From the IMG/VR virus record IMGVR_UViG_3300012944_000002, positions 1 to 64,000 of that record: a stretch of 64,000 bases of DNA. The stretch is one strand, 5' to 3'. The notes beneath the pieces were generated by a model. It was not told the origin of the DNA. It saw nothing but the letters and a program-made list of their open reading frames with translations, and ran no database searches. Below are positions 8,658-17,719 of this stretch, one piece after another. Source of the stretch: a virus. Position 1 is the first letter of the stretch. Each line of letters opens with the position of its first letter. The position numbers and the translations under genes were made by a program.

Positions 8658-8845
8658 TGTCGGCCCTGAACCTGCGCGACGAGCGCCTGCTCCACCGGGC
8701 CCTGGACGCGGCGGCCGACGAACTGGATCTGCCGGTGACGCCCCGCCAGGTCGCGGCGCTGGCCCGGGTGGCGTCGCGGCGGCTGGCCGAGGCGGATGCG
8801 GTGCGGCCTCCGGTGGCGCCGCCGACGTTCCGGGGGCCGACGTGA
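8654..8845 (+). CDS. hypothetical protein
   Basis: Track ORF 8654..8845, coupled to the upstream gene. Confidence 0.45.
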   Translation: MMSALNLRDERLLHRALDAAADELDLPVTPRQVAALARVASRRLAEADAVRPPVAPPTFRGPT

Positions 8846-8995
8846 GCGCAATCCGATCCTCCGCGTCGGGCCCACCACCCCCGTCCCGCTGTCGCCATCG
8901 CGCTCAGAGCGCCTAACCCGCGTTCCGGGCCCCGTTCCTCCGCTGGCGCTCTGCGCGCCTCTCACAGCCCCGATATCGAACCGAAGGAGAAGCAC

Positions 8996-9250
8996 ATGAT
9001 CACGCACGGCGCTTGTGGCAAGACCTGGACCGGACTCCGCCGGGCGCATTGCCCCGTTTGTCACGAGACGTTCAACTCCGACTCTGCCGCCGAGAAGCAC
9101 CGCACCGGCAAGCCGGGCCCCGACCGTCGCTGCCTCCCGCCGACCGAAGCCGGACTCGTCGGAGTCGAGCAGCCGTGGGGCGCCTGCTGGCAGACCCCCG
9201 GCAGCGACGGTCGGTGGGTCGAGCGGGGCGAACAGGCCGCAGTCGCGTAG
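8996..9250 (+). CDS. putative zinc-binding protein
   Basis: Track ORF 8996..9250. Strong RBS GAAGGAGAAG. Contains CGKTW...CPVCHETF...EKHR. Confidence 0.65.
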   Translation: MITHGACGKTWTGLRRAHCPVCHETFNSDSAAEKHRTGKPGPDRRCLPPTEAGLVGVEQPWGACWQTPGSDGRWVERGEQAAVA

Positions 9251-9329
9251 CCACCCCGCCCCCGCCGGAACTCCACCCGCCCAACTCCCGCCCCGCCGAA
9301 CCCCACCCCAACCGAACGGAGACCCGGAC

Positions 9330-10751
9330 ATGACAACGCCGTACTACGCCAGCCTCGACGGGGAGGTGATCCTGCATCACGCCGATGCGCTGGACGTGCT
9401 GCCCACGTTGTCCGACGCGTCGGTCGACGCGGTCGTGTGCGACCCGCCCTATGGCCTCGCCGAGCTCGCTACCGAGACCGTCCTCCAGGCCATAGCCGCA
9501 TGGATGGCGGGCGATCGCACCCACGTCCCCGACGGTCCGGGGGGATTCATGGGCAGGAACTGGGACCGCTTCGTGCCCCCGCCCGGCGTGTGGGACGAAT
9601 GCCTGCGGGTGTTGAAGCCGGGCGGCCACCTGCTCGCCTTCGCCGGCTCGCGCACCGTGGACCTGATGGGCCTGTCCATCCGCATCGCGGGGTTTCAGCT
9701 TCGCGACACGATCACGTGGCACTACGGCAGCGGGATGCCGAAAGGCATCGACGTGTCCAAGGCCATCGACAAGGCGGCGGGTGCCGAGAGGAAGACCATC
9801 GGGCCGCCACGGGGAATCGGGGGGCGCGACCCCCAGCAGCACCAAGTGGTGCCCGGTTCCGAGGTCTACACGGGGCGGTGGGGTAACCGCTGGGCGGCAA
9901 ACGAAACGGCCCCGTCCACCGACGATGCTGCCCGGTGGTCGGGCTGGAACACCCAGCTCAAGCCTGGCGCCGAGCCGATCGTCGTGGCCCGCAAGTCGCT
10001 TGACGGCACGGTGGCCGCCAACGTGCTGCGGCACGGGACGGGCGCTCTCAACGTGGACGGGTGTCGGACCCCGATCGGCGCCGCCGATGCCAAGGCAATG
10101 GAGCGGGCCAACAGCCCTGGCAGCGCCCGCATGAAGCCCGGCGGCAGCAACATCGGCGCGTTCTCCCGCGCTTCCTCATCCGGGCCGCTGGACACCACCG
10201 CAGGCCGCTGGCCCACCAACGTCCTGCTGACGCACTCGCCGCTGCTGGCCGCTGACGGCGAGATCATCGGCGACGCCTGCGCCGACGGGTGCGTGGCCGG
10301 TTGCGCGGTGGCGGAGATGGACCGGCAGAGCGGGGTGCGCACGTCCGGTGCGATGCGCGCTGGGACGCCTCGCAGCAACCGCTCTGGGTGGTCCGGCGAC
10401 ATGCCCGCCGAGACGGGCGCCGAGACCTACGGCGACACCGGCGGCGCGTCCCGCTTCTTCCCGATCTTCCGCTACGAGGCGAAGGCCCCGGCGTCCGAGC
10501 GTCCCCGCCTCCCGGACGGCACCGCGTGGCCGACGGTGAAGCCCCTCGACCTCATGTCCTGGCTGGTGCGGCTCGTCACCCCGCCCGGCGGCGTCGTCCT
10601 CGACTGGTGCGCCGGCACTGGCACCACGCTGCAAGCCGCGGTTGCCGAGGGCATGCGCGCGATCGGCATCGAGCGGGAGCAGGACGGCGCGGACCTGTGC
10701 GTGATCCGCCTCGCCCGGCCCGTCGCGCTCGGCCTGTTCCCCGCCTCCTGA
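9330..10751 (+). CDS. beta-class N4/N6 DNA methyltransferase
   Basis: Tail of track ORF 9015..10751 from ATG 9330 (GGAGAC upstream). Catalytic VVCDPPYG lies near the N-terminus and the AdoMet motif VLDWCAGTGTT near the C-terminus (order IV then I). Confidence 0.85.
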   Translation: MTTPYYASLDGEVILHHADALDVLPTLSDASVDAVVCDPPYGLAELATETVLQAIAAWMAGDRTHVPDGPGGFMGRNWDRFVPPPGVWDECLRVLKPGGHLLAFAGSRTVDLMGLSIRIAGFQLRDTITWHYGSGMPKGIDVSKAIDKAAGAERKTIGPPRGIGGRDPQQHQVVPGSEVYTGRWGNRWAANETAPSTDDAARWSGWNTQLKPGAEPIVVARKSLDGTVAANVLRHGTGALNVDGCRTPIGAADAKAMERANSPGSARMKPGGSNIGAFSRASSSGPLDTTAGRWPTNVLLTHSPLLAADGEIIGDACADGCVAGCAVAEMDRQSGVRTSGAMRAGTPRSNRSGWSGDMPAETGAETYGDTGGASRFFPIFRYEAKAPASERPRLPDGTAWPTVKPLDLMSWLVRLVTPPGGVVLDWCAGTGTTLQAAVAEGMRAIGIEREQDGADLCVIRLARPVALGLFPAS

Positions 10752-10792
10752 CTCACCCTCCCCGCCCGTCAACCCGAACCGAAAGGCCCACT

Positions 10793-11158
10793 GTGACCGA
10801 GCCCGAGTCCACCACCGCCGCCCGCCTCCGCGAAGCCGCTGGGGTGGTGCGCGCCACCGCCGCTACAGCCACGAAAGGCCCGTGGTTCGCCGAGGACCCG
10901 AACGTCCGCTGGGGCGATGAATACGACCACCGCCTCGTTGGCGGAGGGAAGACTCTCGGCAGCCTCAGCACCGAGCACAACGGGCCGCTCAACCTGGAGT
11001 GGATCGCCCTGATGCACCCCGGGCATGGCGCGTTGCTGGCCGCGATGTTCGACCGGTGGGCGCGGATGGTCGAGTACGACGCCACGCAGATCAACCGCGT
11101 CGGCGGCCCGGAGACCCTCGCCCTGGCCGACGCCATCCTCGCGGCGGTGACCCGGTGA
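10793..11158 (+). CDS. hypothetical protein (KGPW motif, paralog-like to 33901..34284)
   Basis: Tail of track ORF 10289..11158 from GTG 10793 (GAAAGG upstream). ATKGPWFAEDP...WIALMHPG resembles the 33901 gene. Confidence 0.55.
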   Translation: MTEPESTTAARLREAAGVVRATAATATKGPWFAEDPNVRWGDEYDHRLVGGGKTLGSLSTEHNGPLNLEWIALMHPGHGALLAAMFDRWARMVEYDATQINRVGGPETLALADAILAAVTR

Positions 11159-11406
11159 GCGCCGCCGAGGTGGAGCCGTGGGCCGCGATGCGTGACGCGT
11201 CCTGGTACGCCCGGCCGAACACCCGCTCCGACAAGGCCATCCACGTGGCCGGCCGCACCGTCTCCGAGGGCGTCATGTCCCGCTGCGGCCGATCGCTCCT
11301 GGACGACGGGCTGACGTGGCCGCTCACCGACGCGCCCGCTGACGCGCGCTGCCGCAGCAACGGATGCCGCCAGGCGTGGCCCACGACGGACGGGGTGACC
11401 CGGTGA
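11155..11406 (+). CDS. hypothetical protein
   Basis: Tail of track ORF 10999..11406 from GTG 11155 (GTGA overlap). Confidence 0.5.
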   Translation: MSAAEVEPWAAMRDASWYARPNTRSDKAIHVAGRTVSEGVMSRCGRSLLDDGLTWPLTDAPADARCRSNGCRQAWPTTDGVTR

Positions 11407-12167
11407 GCGCGGGGCACGGGGCGGGGACGGCGGGGGGAGGGCTGCGTCTGCTGGCCGCGTTCTGCGGCGTCGGCGGCTGCACCCGCGGCTACCAGCAGGC
11501 CGGCTTCCACGTCACCGGCGTGGACATAGCCCCGCAGCCCCGGTACTGCGGCGACCGGTTCATCCAAGGCGACGCCGTGGCCTACATCCGCGAGCACGGC
11601 CACGAGTACGACCTGATCCACGCCGGGCCGCCCTGCCAGCACGACTGCACCCTGACCGCGGGCACCAACGCCGCCCGCCGCGGCCAGTACCCGGACCTGC
11701 TCGACCCGACGCGCGACGCCCTGGAGGCCACGGGCCGGCCCTACGTCATCGAGCAGCCCCCGGGCCGTGCCGCGAAGCGCATGCGCCTCGACGTGACGCT
11801 GTGCGGGGAGATGTTCGGCCTCGCCGTGATCCGGCACCGCAACTTCGAGTTGGGCGGCTGGGCCACCGCGGCGCCCGCGCACCTGAGGCACCGCGGCAGG
11901 GTCGCCGGCATGCGCCACGGCCAGTGGTTCACCGGCCCGTACTTCGCGGTGTACGGCGACGGCGGCGGCAAGGGCACGGTCGCGCAGTGGCAGCAGGCCA
12001 TGGGCATCGACTGGACGGACGTCCGCAAGGAGATCGCCGAGGCCATCCCGCCGGCCTACGCGCAGTGGCTCGGCGAGCGGGCCGCGGCGCACATCCTCGC
12101 CGCCCGCCGGCCGGTGCAGTTGGCGCTCGACCTGGACACCGCCCGCACCACGGGGGCCGCCGCGTGA
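11403..12167 (+). CDS. short C5-cytosine DNA methyltransferase-like protein
   Basis: Tail of track ORF 11364..12167 from GTG 11403 (GTGA overlap). Motif I LAAFCGVGG, motif IV HAGPPCQ. Later motifs are degenerate (AEAIPP). Confidence 0.7.
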   Translation: MSAGHGAGTAGGGLRLLAAFCGVGGCTRGYQQAGFHVTGVDIAPQPRYCGDRFIQGDAVAYIREHGHEYDLIHAGPPCQHDCTLTAGTNAARRGQYPDLLDPTRDALEATGRPYVIEQPPGRAAKRMRLDVTLCGEMFGLAVIRHRNFELGGWATAAPAHLRHRGRVAGMRHGQWFTGPYFAVYGDGGGKGTVAQWQQAMGIDWTDVRKEIAEAIPPAYAQWLGERAAAHILAARRPVQLALDLDTARTTGAAA

Positions 12168-12364
12168 GCTCCGTGGTGATCCACCGCATCCGCTGCGACG
12201 CCCCGTGGCCCGACGGAGGGCAATGCCTCACCGAGTGGGACGCCCCGTTCGAGACGCGCACCGCAACCGATCTGCGCGCCTGGCTGAAGACCAAGGGCTG
12301 GCACATCGGGATGCCCGGCGGCCGCGACATCTGCCCCGGCTGCTGGGCGGAGGGGCGGCGATGA
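12164..12364 (+). CDS. hypothetical Cys-rich protein
   Basis: Tail of track ORF 11801..12364 from GTG 12164 (GTGA overlap). Ends with CPGCW. Confidence 0.5.
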   Translation: MSSVVIHRIRCDAPWPDGGQCLTEWDAPFETRTATDLRAWLKTKGWHIGMPGGRDICPGCWAEGRR

Positions 12365-12501
12365 CCCCCACCGCCCCGTCGCGGCCCTCAGCGCCCCCGT
12401 AGGCCTCCTGGGGCCGCGCGCCCGTCCCCGAGTCGCCACGAACCCGCGGACGGCCCGCACAGACCCGCACGCCGATCCGACCAACCCACAAGGAGCCCCG
12501 C

Positions 12502-13038
12502 GTGCCCAAGACCTGCGACAACACGTCCGTCGGCGTGATCATCACGAACGCCGCCGGTGAGTACCTGATGTTCGACCGCAACACGTTCCCGTCCGGCGTC
12601 GCACCCGTCGCCGGTCACGTCGATACCCACGGCACGCTGCGGCAGGCCGCCGAGGCGGAGGTGCGTGAGGAAGTCGGGCTCGTAGTCCTCTCGCTGACCG
12701 AGGTGGCCACCGGGTGGCGCAACAACCGCTGCCGCCGCCAGCCCGGCCCGCGCGGCATCGGCCACCAGTGGACGATCTACCGCGCCATCGTCACCGGCGA
12801 CCTGGACCCGTCCGAGCGAGAGACCCGCAACGCCCGCTGGATCAACCACAGCGACCTGCAAACCCTCGCCGAACGCACCTCCACCTACGCCCGAGGCGGC
12901 CTCACCGACGCACAGTTCGCCAAGGCGCCCGGCCTCGAACCGGTCTGGGTGCAGTGGTTCTACGAGGCCGCCGCCATCGAGTTGGAGCCCGGCGAACTGC
13001 GGCTCATCGACCAGATCGCCAACGCCACCACCCCCTGA
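12502..13038 (+). CDS. NUDIX hydrolase
   Basis: Track ORF 12502..13038. RBS CAAGGAG. Nudix box GHVDTHGTLRQAAEAEVREEVGL. Confidence 0.85.
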   Translation: MPKTCDNTSVGVIITNAAGEYLMFDRNTFPSGVAPVAGHVDTHGTLRQAAEAEVREEVGLVVLSLTEVATGWRNNRCRRQPGPRGIGHQWTIYRAIVTGDLDPSERETRNARWINHSDLQTLAERTSTYARGGLTDAQFAKAPGLEPVWVQWFYEAAAIELEPGELRLIDQIANATTP

Positions 13039-13053
13039 CCCACCCCACCCCCT

Positions 13054-13081
13054 GCCGGCCCGGTCACCCACCCGGGCCGGC
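13054..13081 (+). terminator. GC-rich hairpin after the NUDIX gene
   Basis: Perfect 10-bp stem GCCGGCCCGG / CCGGGCCGGC with an 8-nt loop, 16 nt after the stop. No T-tract. Confidence 0.4.
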
Positions 13082-13099
13082 ACCCACCGAAGGAGCACC

Positions 13100-13585
13100 G
13101 TGTCCGCGTTCGACGACACCCTCGCCGCGCTGGAAGGCATCAGCCTCCAACGGCTCCGCGCCGAGGTCTACAACCTCCGCGCCATCAAGGCCTGGGCCCT
13201 GGACCAACTCGCCGTGGACTTCAAGCCCGGCGACCGCGTCACCATCACCAGCCCGAAGCCATCCGAAACGGGCGGCGGATGGAGCCACTACCGCGAGGCT
13301 CTCGCGCCCGGCCGCACCGGCAGCGCCGGGGAGATCACCTTCAATGAGCACGCCAACCGCTGGCAGTGCCTGGTCGGCATGGACCGCACCTGGTCTGTCC
13401 ACTGCGAAGAACGCTACGGCGCCCCGGACACGTACACCCGCTACTGGTTCGGTCCAGTCGGCGAGACCCCCGACGGTCACGAGCCGCCGTCCGGCTACGA
13501 CCAAGAGCGCCACCCCGAGGGCCAAATCAAGTACTTCGCGATGGACGTCGCGTGGCTCGCGTCCACCCCCATCAAAGGAGCCTGA
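13100..13585 (+). CDS. hypothetical protein
   Basis: Track ORF 13100..13585. RBS GAAGGAG. High GC3. Confidence 0.6.
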   Translation: MSAFDDTLAALEGISLQRLRAEVYNLRAIKAWALDQLAVDFKPGDRVTITSPKPSETGGGWSHYREALAPGRTGSAGEITFNEHANRWQCLVGMDRTWSVHCEERYGAPDTYTRYWFGPVGETPDGHEPPSGYDQERHPEGQIKYFAMDVAWLASTPIKGA

Positions 13586-13586
13586 C

Positions 13587-14096
13587 ATGGGCTACGCCCA
13601 CTACACCGTCGTCCGCAGCGACGGCAAAACCATCGAAGCCGGATACGGCGTTGACGCCGTCTGCGAAGAGCCCGGCTGCACCGAGGAGATCGACCGCGGC
13701 CTCGGCTGCCTCTGCGGGACCACGCCCGGCGACCCGGAGGACGGCTGCGGCAAGTACTTCTGCGGCAAGCACCTGTACGGCGCCAACCAGTGCGGTCCCT
13801 GCTCCGACGCCGCCGACGGGGCCAACGAGTGGGTCCATCCGGGCACTGGCGAAGAGTTCGACCTGCGCGACGACTTCCTGCCCGCCGACGCCCGCTACGA
13901 CGATCGCATGCCCGTCTGGCACCACACCGGGGAGTTCGCCCCGGACGGCGCCCCGGTTCTCGCCAAGATCGGATCGCACACCCGTCTGCCCGCCGACAGT
14001 CCGGACCGTCGAACCCTCGGCGAAGGCGACTGGGTGAATGCCGCGCTTCTCATGTACCGCCAGAGCACCACCACCCCGGAGGCGTCCGATGCCTGA
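13587..14096 (+). CDS. hypothetical Cys-rich protein
   Basis: Tail of track ORF 12714..14096 from ATG 13587 (AAAGGAG upstream). Contains CEEPGC...CLCG...CGKYFCGKH...CGPC. Confidence 0.6.
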   Translation: MGYAHYTVVRSDGKTIEAGYGVDAVCEEPGCTEEIDRGLGCLCGTTPGDPEDGCGKYFCGKHLYGANQCGPCSDAADGANEWVHPGTGEEFDLRDDFLPADARYDDRMPVWHHTGEFAPDGAPVLAKIGSHTRLPADSPDRRTLGEGDWVNAALLMYRQSTTTPEASDA

Positions 14097-14262
14097 TGCC
14101 TGCGCCGACCAGCTCTTCGGATGGACCTGCACCCTCCCGCCTGGACCGCACCCCCGCTGGCGGCACGTTGATGCCAACTCCGGGGCCTGGTGGACGCAGA
14201 GCGCCGAACCGCCGCACAGCAACCGCGAGCAGAGCGCAGCCGAGGAGGCGCCCCGTGCCTGA
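14089..14262 (+). CDS. hypothetical small protein
   Basis: Internal ATG 14089 of track ORF 14038..14262, overlapping the upstream stop by 8 nt. Confidence 0.4.
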   Translation: MPDACADQLFGWTCTLPPGPHPRWRHVDANSGAWWTQSAEPPHSNREQSAAEEAPRA

Positions 14263-14458
14263 CACGCCCGATCCCGCGACCAGCCGCCCGGAGCGGCCTC
14301 ACCGCCACGACTCCACCCCCGTTCTCAAAGCAGCCCTCGCCCGCGTTGGCCAGGATGCGAAGCGCTACGCCCTGACCGGGCCGAAGGTGCACGAGGACGC
14401 CCTGCACGTCATCGCCGACGAATTCCTCGACGAACTCCAGACCCGAGGTGAACTGTGA
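14255..14458 (+). CDS. hypothetical small protein
   Basis: Tail of track ORF 13790..14458 from GTG 14255, with GAGGAGG 7 nt upstream. Confidence 0.5.
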   Translation: MPDTPDPATSRPERPHRHDSTPVLKAALARVGQDAKRYALTGPKVHEDALHVIADEFLDELQTRGEL

Positions 14459-15384
14459 CCACCGAGCCCACCGTCCCCGCGCAGCCGACCGCCCCGCCCT
14501 CGTGCGCCGGGTGTGTGGGTTGCGGCGGACCCGACTGCGCCGAACGGCCGGACGCCGAGGGCCGTCCGTCGTGCACGTGGCCCAGTTGCCTCACTCCGGA
14601 GCAGCAGACCCAACTCGCCGATCAGGTGACCGCGTCGATGCTCGGCGAGGCCACCACGCCCATGCCCGACCAGCGGGTGGTGTGCGGATGCCGGGAGCCC
14701 GCGCCCGACCTTGGCCCCGCTGAGCTCACCGCCGAGGAGGCCCGCGCCGAGGTTGACCGCCTCAGCCTCGACCTGTACCGCGCCGGGGACGCGCTGCTGT
14801 TCGCCCGGGAGATGTGCGACCACGCCGAGGACGGGGGCCTGGCCGAGGTGCCGATCGCCCGCGTCCGGGAGTGGCTGGAGGGCGCCAAATGCGGGCGGGC
14901 GATCATGGCCGAACGGGGGCGGAGCATCACCGAGTTCGTCCAGCAGGCCGACGCCCCAACGGAGCTTGGCACCCCGGCCCCCAGTCCCAACGAAACCGGG
15001 GGCGGCGTTGGCACCAGCCACTCCTGCCCAAGCTGCGACCAGCCCGAGGCCATCGTCCCCAGCACCGAGACCGTGCGCGGCGGACGACGACTGTACCGAC
15101 CCGCCCCGTCCGCCGGCCGCGACACGATGCGCGAGGCCATCGCCGGGGGCGGCTGTGACAGCTGCGAGACGTGCGAACTGGCCACCGAGCTCGCCACAGA
15201 ACGCACCCGCACCCAGCAGGCCGGAATCCGGATCGCCGAACTGACCGCGCTGGTCGCAGCCCAGCAGCAGGTCATCGAACGCCTAGCCCGGGAAGCACTC
15301 GCGGCGATCGCCGTGCCCTACACGCCACGGGCACGCACCGCGCCGGTCGGGCCGGACGGACGGGGCGACGGGGGCGGGAAGTGA
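14455..15384 (+). CDS. hypothetical protein with multiple Cys clusters and coiled-coil segment
   Basis: Track ORF 14455..15384 (GTGA overlap). Contains CAGCVGCGGPDC, CPSC and CDSCETC. Confidence 0.6.
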   Translation: MTTEPTVPAQPTAPPSCAGCVGCGGPDCAERPDAEGRPSCTWPSCLTPEQQTQLADQVTASMLGEATTPMPDQRVVCGCREPAPDLGPAELTAEEARAEVDRLSLDLYRAGDALLFAREMCDHAEDGGLAEVPIARVREWLEGAKCGRAIMAERGRSITEFVQQADAPTELGTPAPSPNETGGGVGTSHSCPSCDQPEAIVPSTETVRGGRRLYRPAPSAGRDTMREAIAGGGCDSCETCELATELATERTRTQQAGIRIAELTALVAAQQQVIERLAREALAAIAVPYTPRARTAPVGPDGRGDGGGK

Positions 15385-15623
15385 CCGCCGAGCCCGAAGC
15401 CCACCCCACCCGCGTCGAGTACGTCGTCGAACGCGCCCTGTCCGACGGCCGCTGGATCGTGGAGAGCATCAGCCCCGCGCCCACCCCCGAGCGGGCGCTC
15501 GCCGACGCCGCATGGTTCATGGGCGACCCGGAGCTCGGCGGCGGCAACTACCGCACCGTCTGCCGAACCATCACCAGCACCGTCGTCGCCGAACACCCCG
15601 GCAAGCAAGGAGACCGGTCATGA
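15381..15623 (+). CDS. hypothetical protein
   Basis: Tail of track ORF 15171..15623 from GTG 15381 (GTGA overlap). Confidence 0.5.
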   Translation: MTAEPEAHPTRVEYVVERALSDGRWIVESISPAPTPERALADAAWFMGDPELGGGNYRTVCRTITSTVVAEHPGKQGDRS

Positions 15624-16153
15624 CCGAACCCCGCCGCTTCCATCTCCAGCGCACCACCGACATCACCGGCGTGTCCGGTACTGGCCGTGTGGCCGACGGC
15701 GTGCTCTGGCCCGACCAGACCGTCAGCATCCACTGGCGCGGTGACCGCCCCAGCACCGTGATCTGGCCCCGCCTCGAAGACGCCGAGGCGGTCCACGGCC
15801 ACGGTGGCGCGACGCGCATCGTGTGGGACGACGACCGTCTTGCCGCTCGCCTGGGCCGCATCGCCGCCGCGCACTCCAAGTACGTCGACCAGCACGGCGG
15901 GACCACCGGCGAATGCGTCGAATGCGGCAACCGCTGGCCCTGCCCTACTTACGCCTGGGCCACCGAGGACCGTGGGCCGCTCGCGACGTGGGACCCGGCC
16001 GACGACGAGCCGCCGCCCGCCTGCCCCGCCGGACTCCTCTCCGCCGACCCGGACGTGCCCGACGAGCGCTGCATCGTAGAAGGCCCCCACGACCGGCACG
16101 TCAGCCGCATCGGGACGCGCTGGACCAACCCTGACGACGGGAGTGACCTGTGA
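15620..16153 (+). CDS. hypothetical protein
   Basis: Tail of track ORF 15512..16153 from ATG 15620 (ATGA overlap). Contains CVECGNRWPC. Confidence 0.55.
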   Translation: MTEPRRFHLQRTTDITGVSGTGRVADGVLWPDQTVSIHWRGDRPSTVIWPRLEDAEAVHGHGGATRIVWDDDRLAARLGRIAAAHSKYVDQHGGTTGECVECGNRWPCPTYAWATEDRGPLATWDPADDEPPPACPAGLLSADPDVPDERCIVEGPHDRHVSRIGTRWTNPDDGSDL

Positions 16154-16281
16154 GCCACCGCTGCCGGTCGTGGCGCTGGCACCTGTGGCGGCCCGTGCGC
16201 TGCACCTGGCCGGCCGCCCACCGGACCCGCAGCAAGTGGCACTGCCACGAGCCGAGCGGGCGCACCTGGAGGAACCGGTGA
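16150..16281 (+). CDS. small Trp/Cys/His/Arg-rich peptide (43 aa)
   Basis: GTG 16150 overlaps the upstream stop (GTGA). This frame has nearly 100% G/C in third positions, whereas the track frame 16143.. is only about 75% over the same bases. Confidence 0.4.
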   Translation: MSHRCRSWRWHLWRPVRCTWPAAHRTRSKWHCHEPSGRTWRNR

Positions 16282-16445
16282 CCAGACCCCCGCGCGACCC
16301 CGAGGTGGAGCGGGTGTTCGGCCCCCCGGTCGGCCCGGACTGCGACCCCGAGTGGCCACCTCCCCGCGACACCGACGTACTGCCCGACATCGGCGACTAC
16401 CAGGAGGAACCCCATGATCTGCGCCCCATGCGGCCGAGCCGCTGA
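16278..16445 (+). CDS. hypothetical small acidic/Pro-rich protein
   Basis: GTG 16278 (GTGA overlap with the 16150 ORF) lies in the frame of track ORF 16143..16445. GC3 becomes high only from here on. Confidence 0.4.
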   Translation: MTRPPRDPEVERVFGPPVGPDCDPEWPPPRDTDVLPDIGDYQEEPHDLRPMRPSR

Positions 16446-16566
16446 CCAGCGCGCACCCCGCGACCAGCACTGTGACGACCCCGGGTGTGCCTGCGGGCAC
16501 CGGGTGGAGCGGTACGGGACGGTCACGGCGAAAAGCGCGGCCGGACAGGAGGCGAAGGCGCGGTGA
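16414..16566 (+). CDS. small zinc-binding protein (50 aa)
   Basis: ATG 16414 lies 6 nt after AGGAGG (16402-16407). Translation MICAPCGRAADQRAPRDQHCDDPGCACGHR.... The stop overlaps the next GTG. Below the track size cutoff. Confidence 0.55.
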   Translation: MICAPCGRAADQRAPRDQHCDDPGCACGHRVERYGTVTAKSAAGQEAKAR

Positions 16567-16748
16567 CTACCCACCTGTACGAGACGCCGCAGACGGAGAC
16601 CGACCCGCCCGGCGAGGAGCGGATTCGCATCGAGACCAGGCCCACCGTCCAGACGTGGCTGCCGGGCAACCCGGTCATCCCGGGCAAGGTCTGGTGCTGG
16701 TCGCACCGGGCGTGGGAGAAGCTGTCGGACCACGAGGAGACCAAGTGA
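16563..16748 (+). CDS. hypothetical small protein
   Basis: Tail of track ORF 16485..16748 from GTG 16563 (GTGA overlap). Confidence 0.5.
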   Translation: MTTHLYETPQTETDPPGEERIRIETRPTVQTWLPGNPVIPGKVWCWSHRAWEKLSDHEETK

Positions 16749-17071
16749 GCTACGACCTGTACCTGCGCATCGACACTGGCGGCGAAGAACCGGCCACCGT
16801 GCACAGCGTCGGCAACTACACCAGCAACGTCTCCGGGATGTGGTCGCAGGCCCTCGGCTACCCGTTGGCCGATCTCGACGGGCGTCTCGCCGACGCCGCA
16901 ATCCCCGACCTGCGCAGAGCCGCCTGGAACATGGCCAACAACCCCGACGTCTACCGGGCCATGGAGCCGGGCAACGGCTGGGGCAGCTACGAGGGCGCCC
17001 GCGACTACCTTGTGAGCCTCCTCGGAGCGTGCTTGGAACACCCGAAGACCATCATCGGCGTCAGCCGCTGA
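16745..17071 (+). CDS. hypothetical protein
   Basis: Tail of track ORF 16472..17071 from GTG 16745 (GTGA overlap). Balanced composition. Confidence 0.6.
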   Translation: MSYDLYLRIDTGGEEPATVHSVGNYTSNVSGMWSQALGYPLADLDGRLADAAIPDLRRAAWNMANNPDVYRAMEPGNGWGSYEGARDYLVSLLGACLEHPKTIIGVSR

Positions 17072-17088
17072 CGCGCCAGACTGGGGCC

Positions 17089-17310
17089 ATGACTACCCCC
17101 GCCGCGTCCCCGCTGCCCGGCTTGGCCACTGACACCGAGCTGGCGGCGGGGGTGCGCGTGGTGGAGTGCGCCGACTGTCATCGGCCGCTGAAGGGCTGGG
17201 CGGCTCGGCTGCGAGGCCGCGGCGATGCTTGCGCGCACAAGGCGGGAGAGCGGGACGTTCGCGGGCCCGGCCGGTTCGACGTGGCACAGGAGACGCTGCC
17301 GGGGGCGTAG
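17089..17310 (+). CDS. zinc-ribbon protein (CxxC...GxGxxC type)
   Basis: Tail of track ORF 16840..17310 from ATG 17089. Contains ECADCHRPLKGWAARLRGRGDAC. Confidence 0.55.
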   Translation: MTTPAASPLPGLATDTELAAGVRVVECADCHRPLKGWAARLRGRGDACAHKAGERDVRGPGRFDVAQETLPGA

Positions 17311-17331
17311 CCGAACCCCTGGCCAACGCTT

Positions 17332-17343
17332 TGGCATATGCCA
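17332..17343. promoter_or_regulatory. perfect 12-bp palindrome upstream of the TA-like pair
   Basis: TGGCATATGCCA lies in the 107-bp lower-GC gap before ATG 17418. Confidence 0.35.
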
Positions 17344-17417
17344 GACCGTGAGCTGATACCAGCCCGAGGGGGGACACGACTACCCTCAGATCATTCGGAA
17401 CATCTGGAGGATTCGCC

Positions 17418-17702
17418 ATGAGCGAGCAGACGTGGACCATCGAGACCATCTGTGATGCCCTCGGCGCCCCGCAGCTCGCTACCCGCTTCCTCGGCGAGAT
17501 CAACCGTGCGCCGGCCCACGAGCTGCTCAACGTGTTCGCGAAGTGGCAGGGCATCGCCGCCCGCACCCTCGAAGCAGTCGCCCGCGGCCGTGAACTCGCC
17601 GAGTACGACGCCCGCGGCGAACAGCCCCCCGGCGAGTGGATCGACGCCACCGACCGTATCCACGCAGAAGCTGAACGGATTCGGACCCGCGGCGCCGCCT
17701 GA
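17418..17702 (+). CDS. putative antitoxin partner (family not recognised)
   Basis: Track ORF 17418..17702. RBS TGGAGGA. Lies 17 nt upstream of a RelE/ParE-like gene. Confidence 0.5.
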   Translation: MSEQTWTIETICDALGAPQLATRFLGEINRAPAHELLNVFAKWQGIAARTLEAVARGRELAEYDARGEQPPGEWIDATDRIHAEAERIRTRGAA

Positions 17703-17719
17703 CCTGACAGGCTGACCGG

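Noticed and set aside
8846-8995. 150-bp noncoding gap with palindrome GCGCTCAGAGCGC (8900-8912), considered as an operator or small RNA.
   Set aside because: It is a single short GC palindrome with no second copy, no flanking promoter-like elements and no cognate regulator nearby. That is too little evidence.
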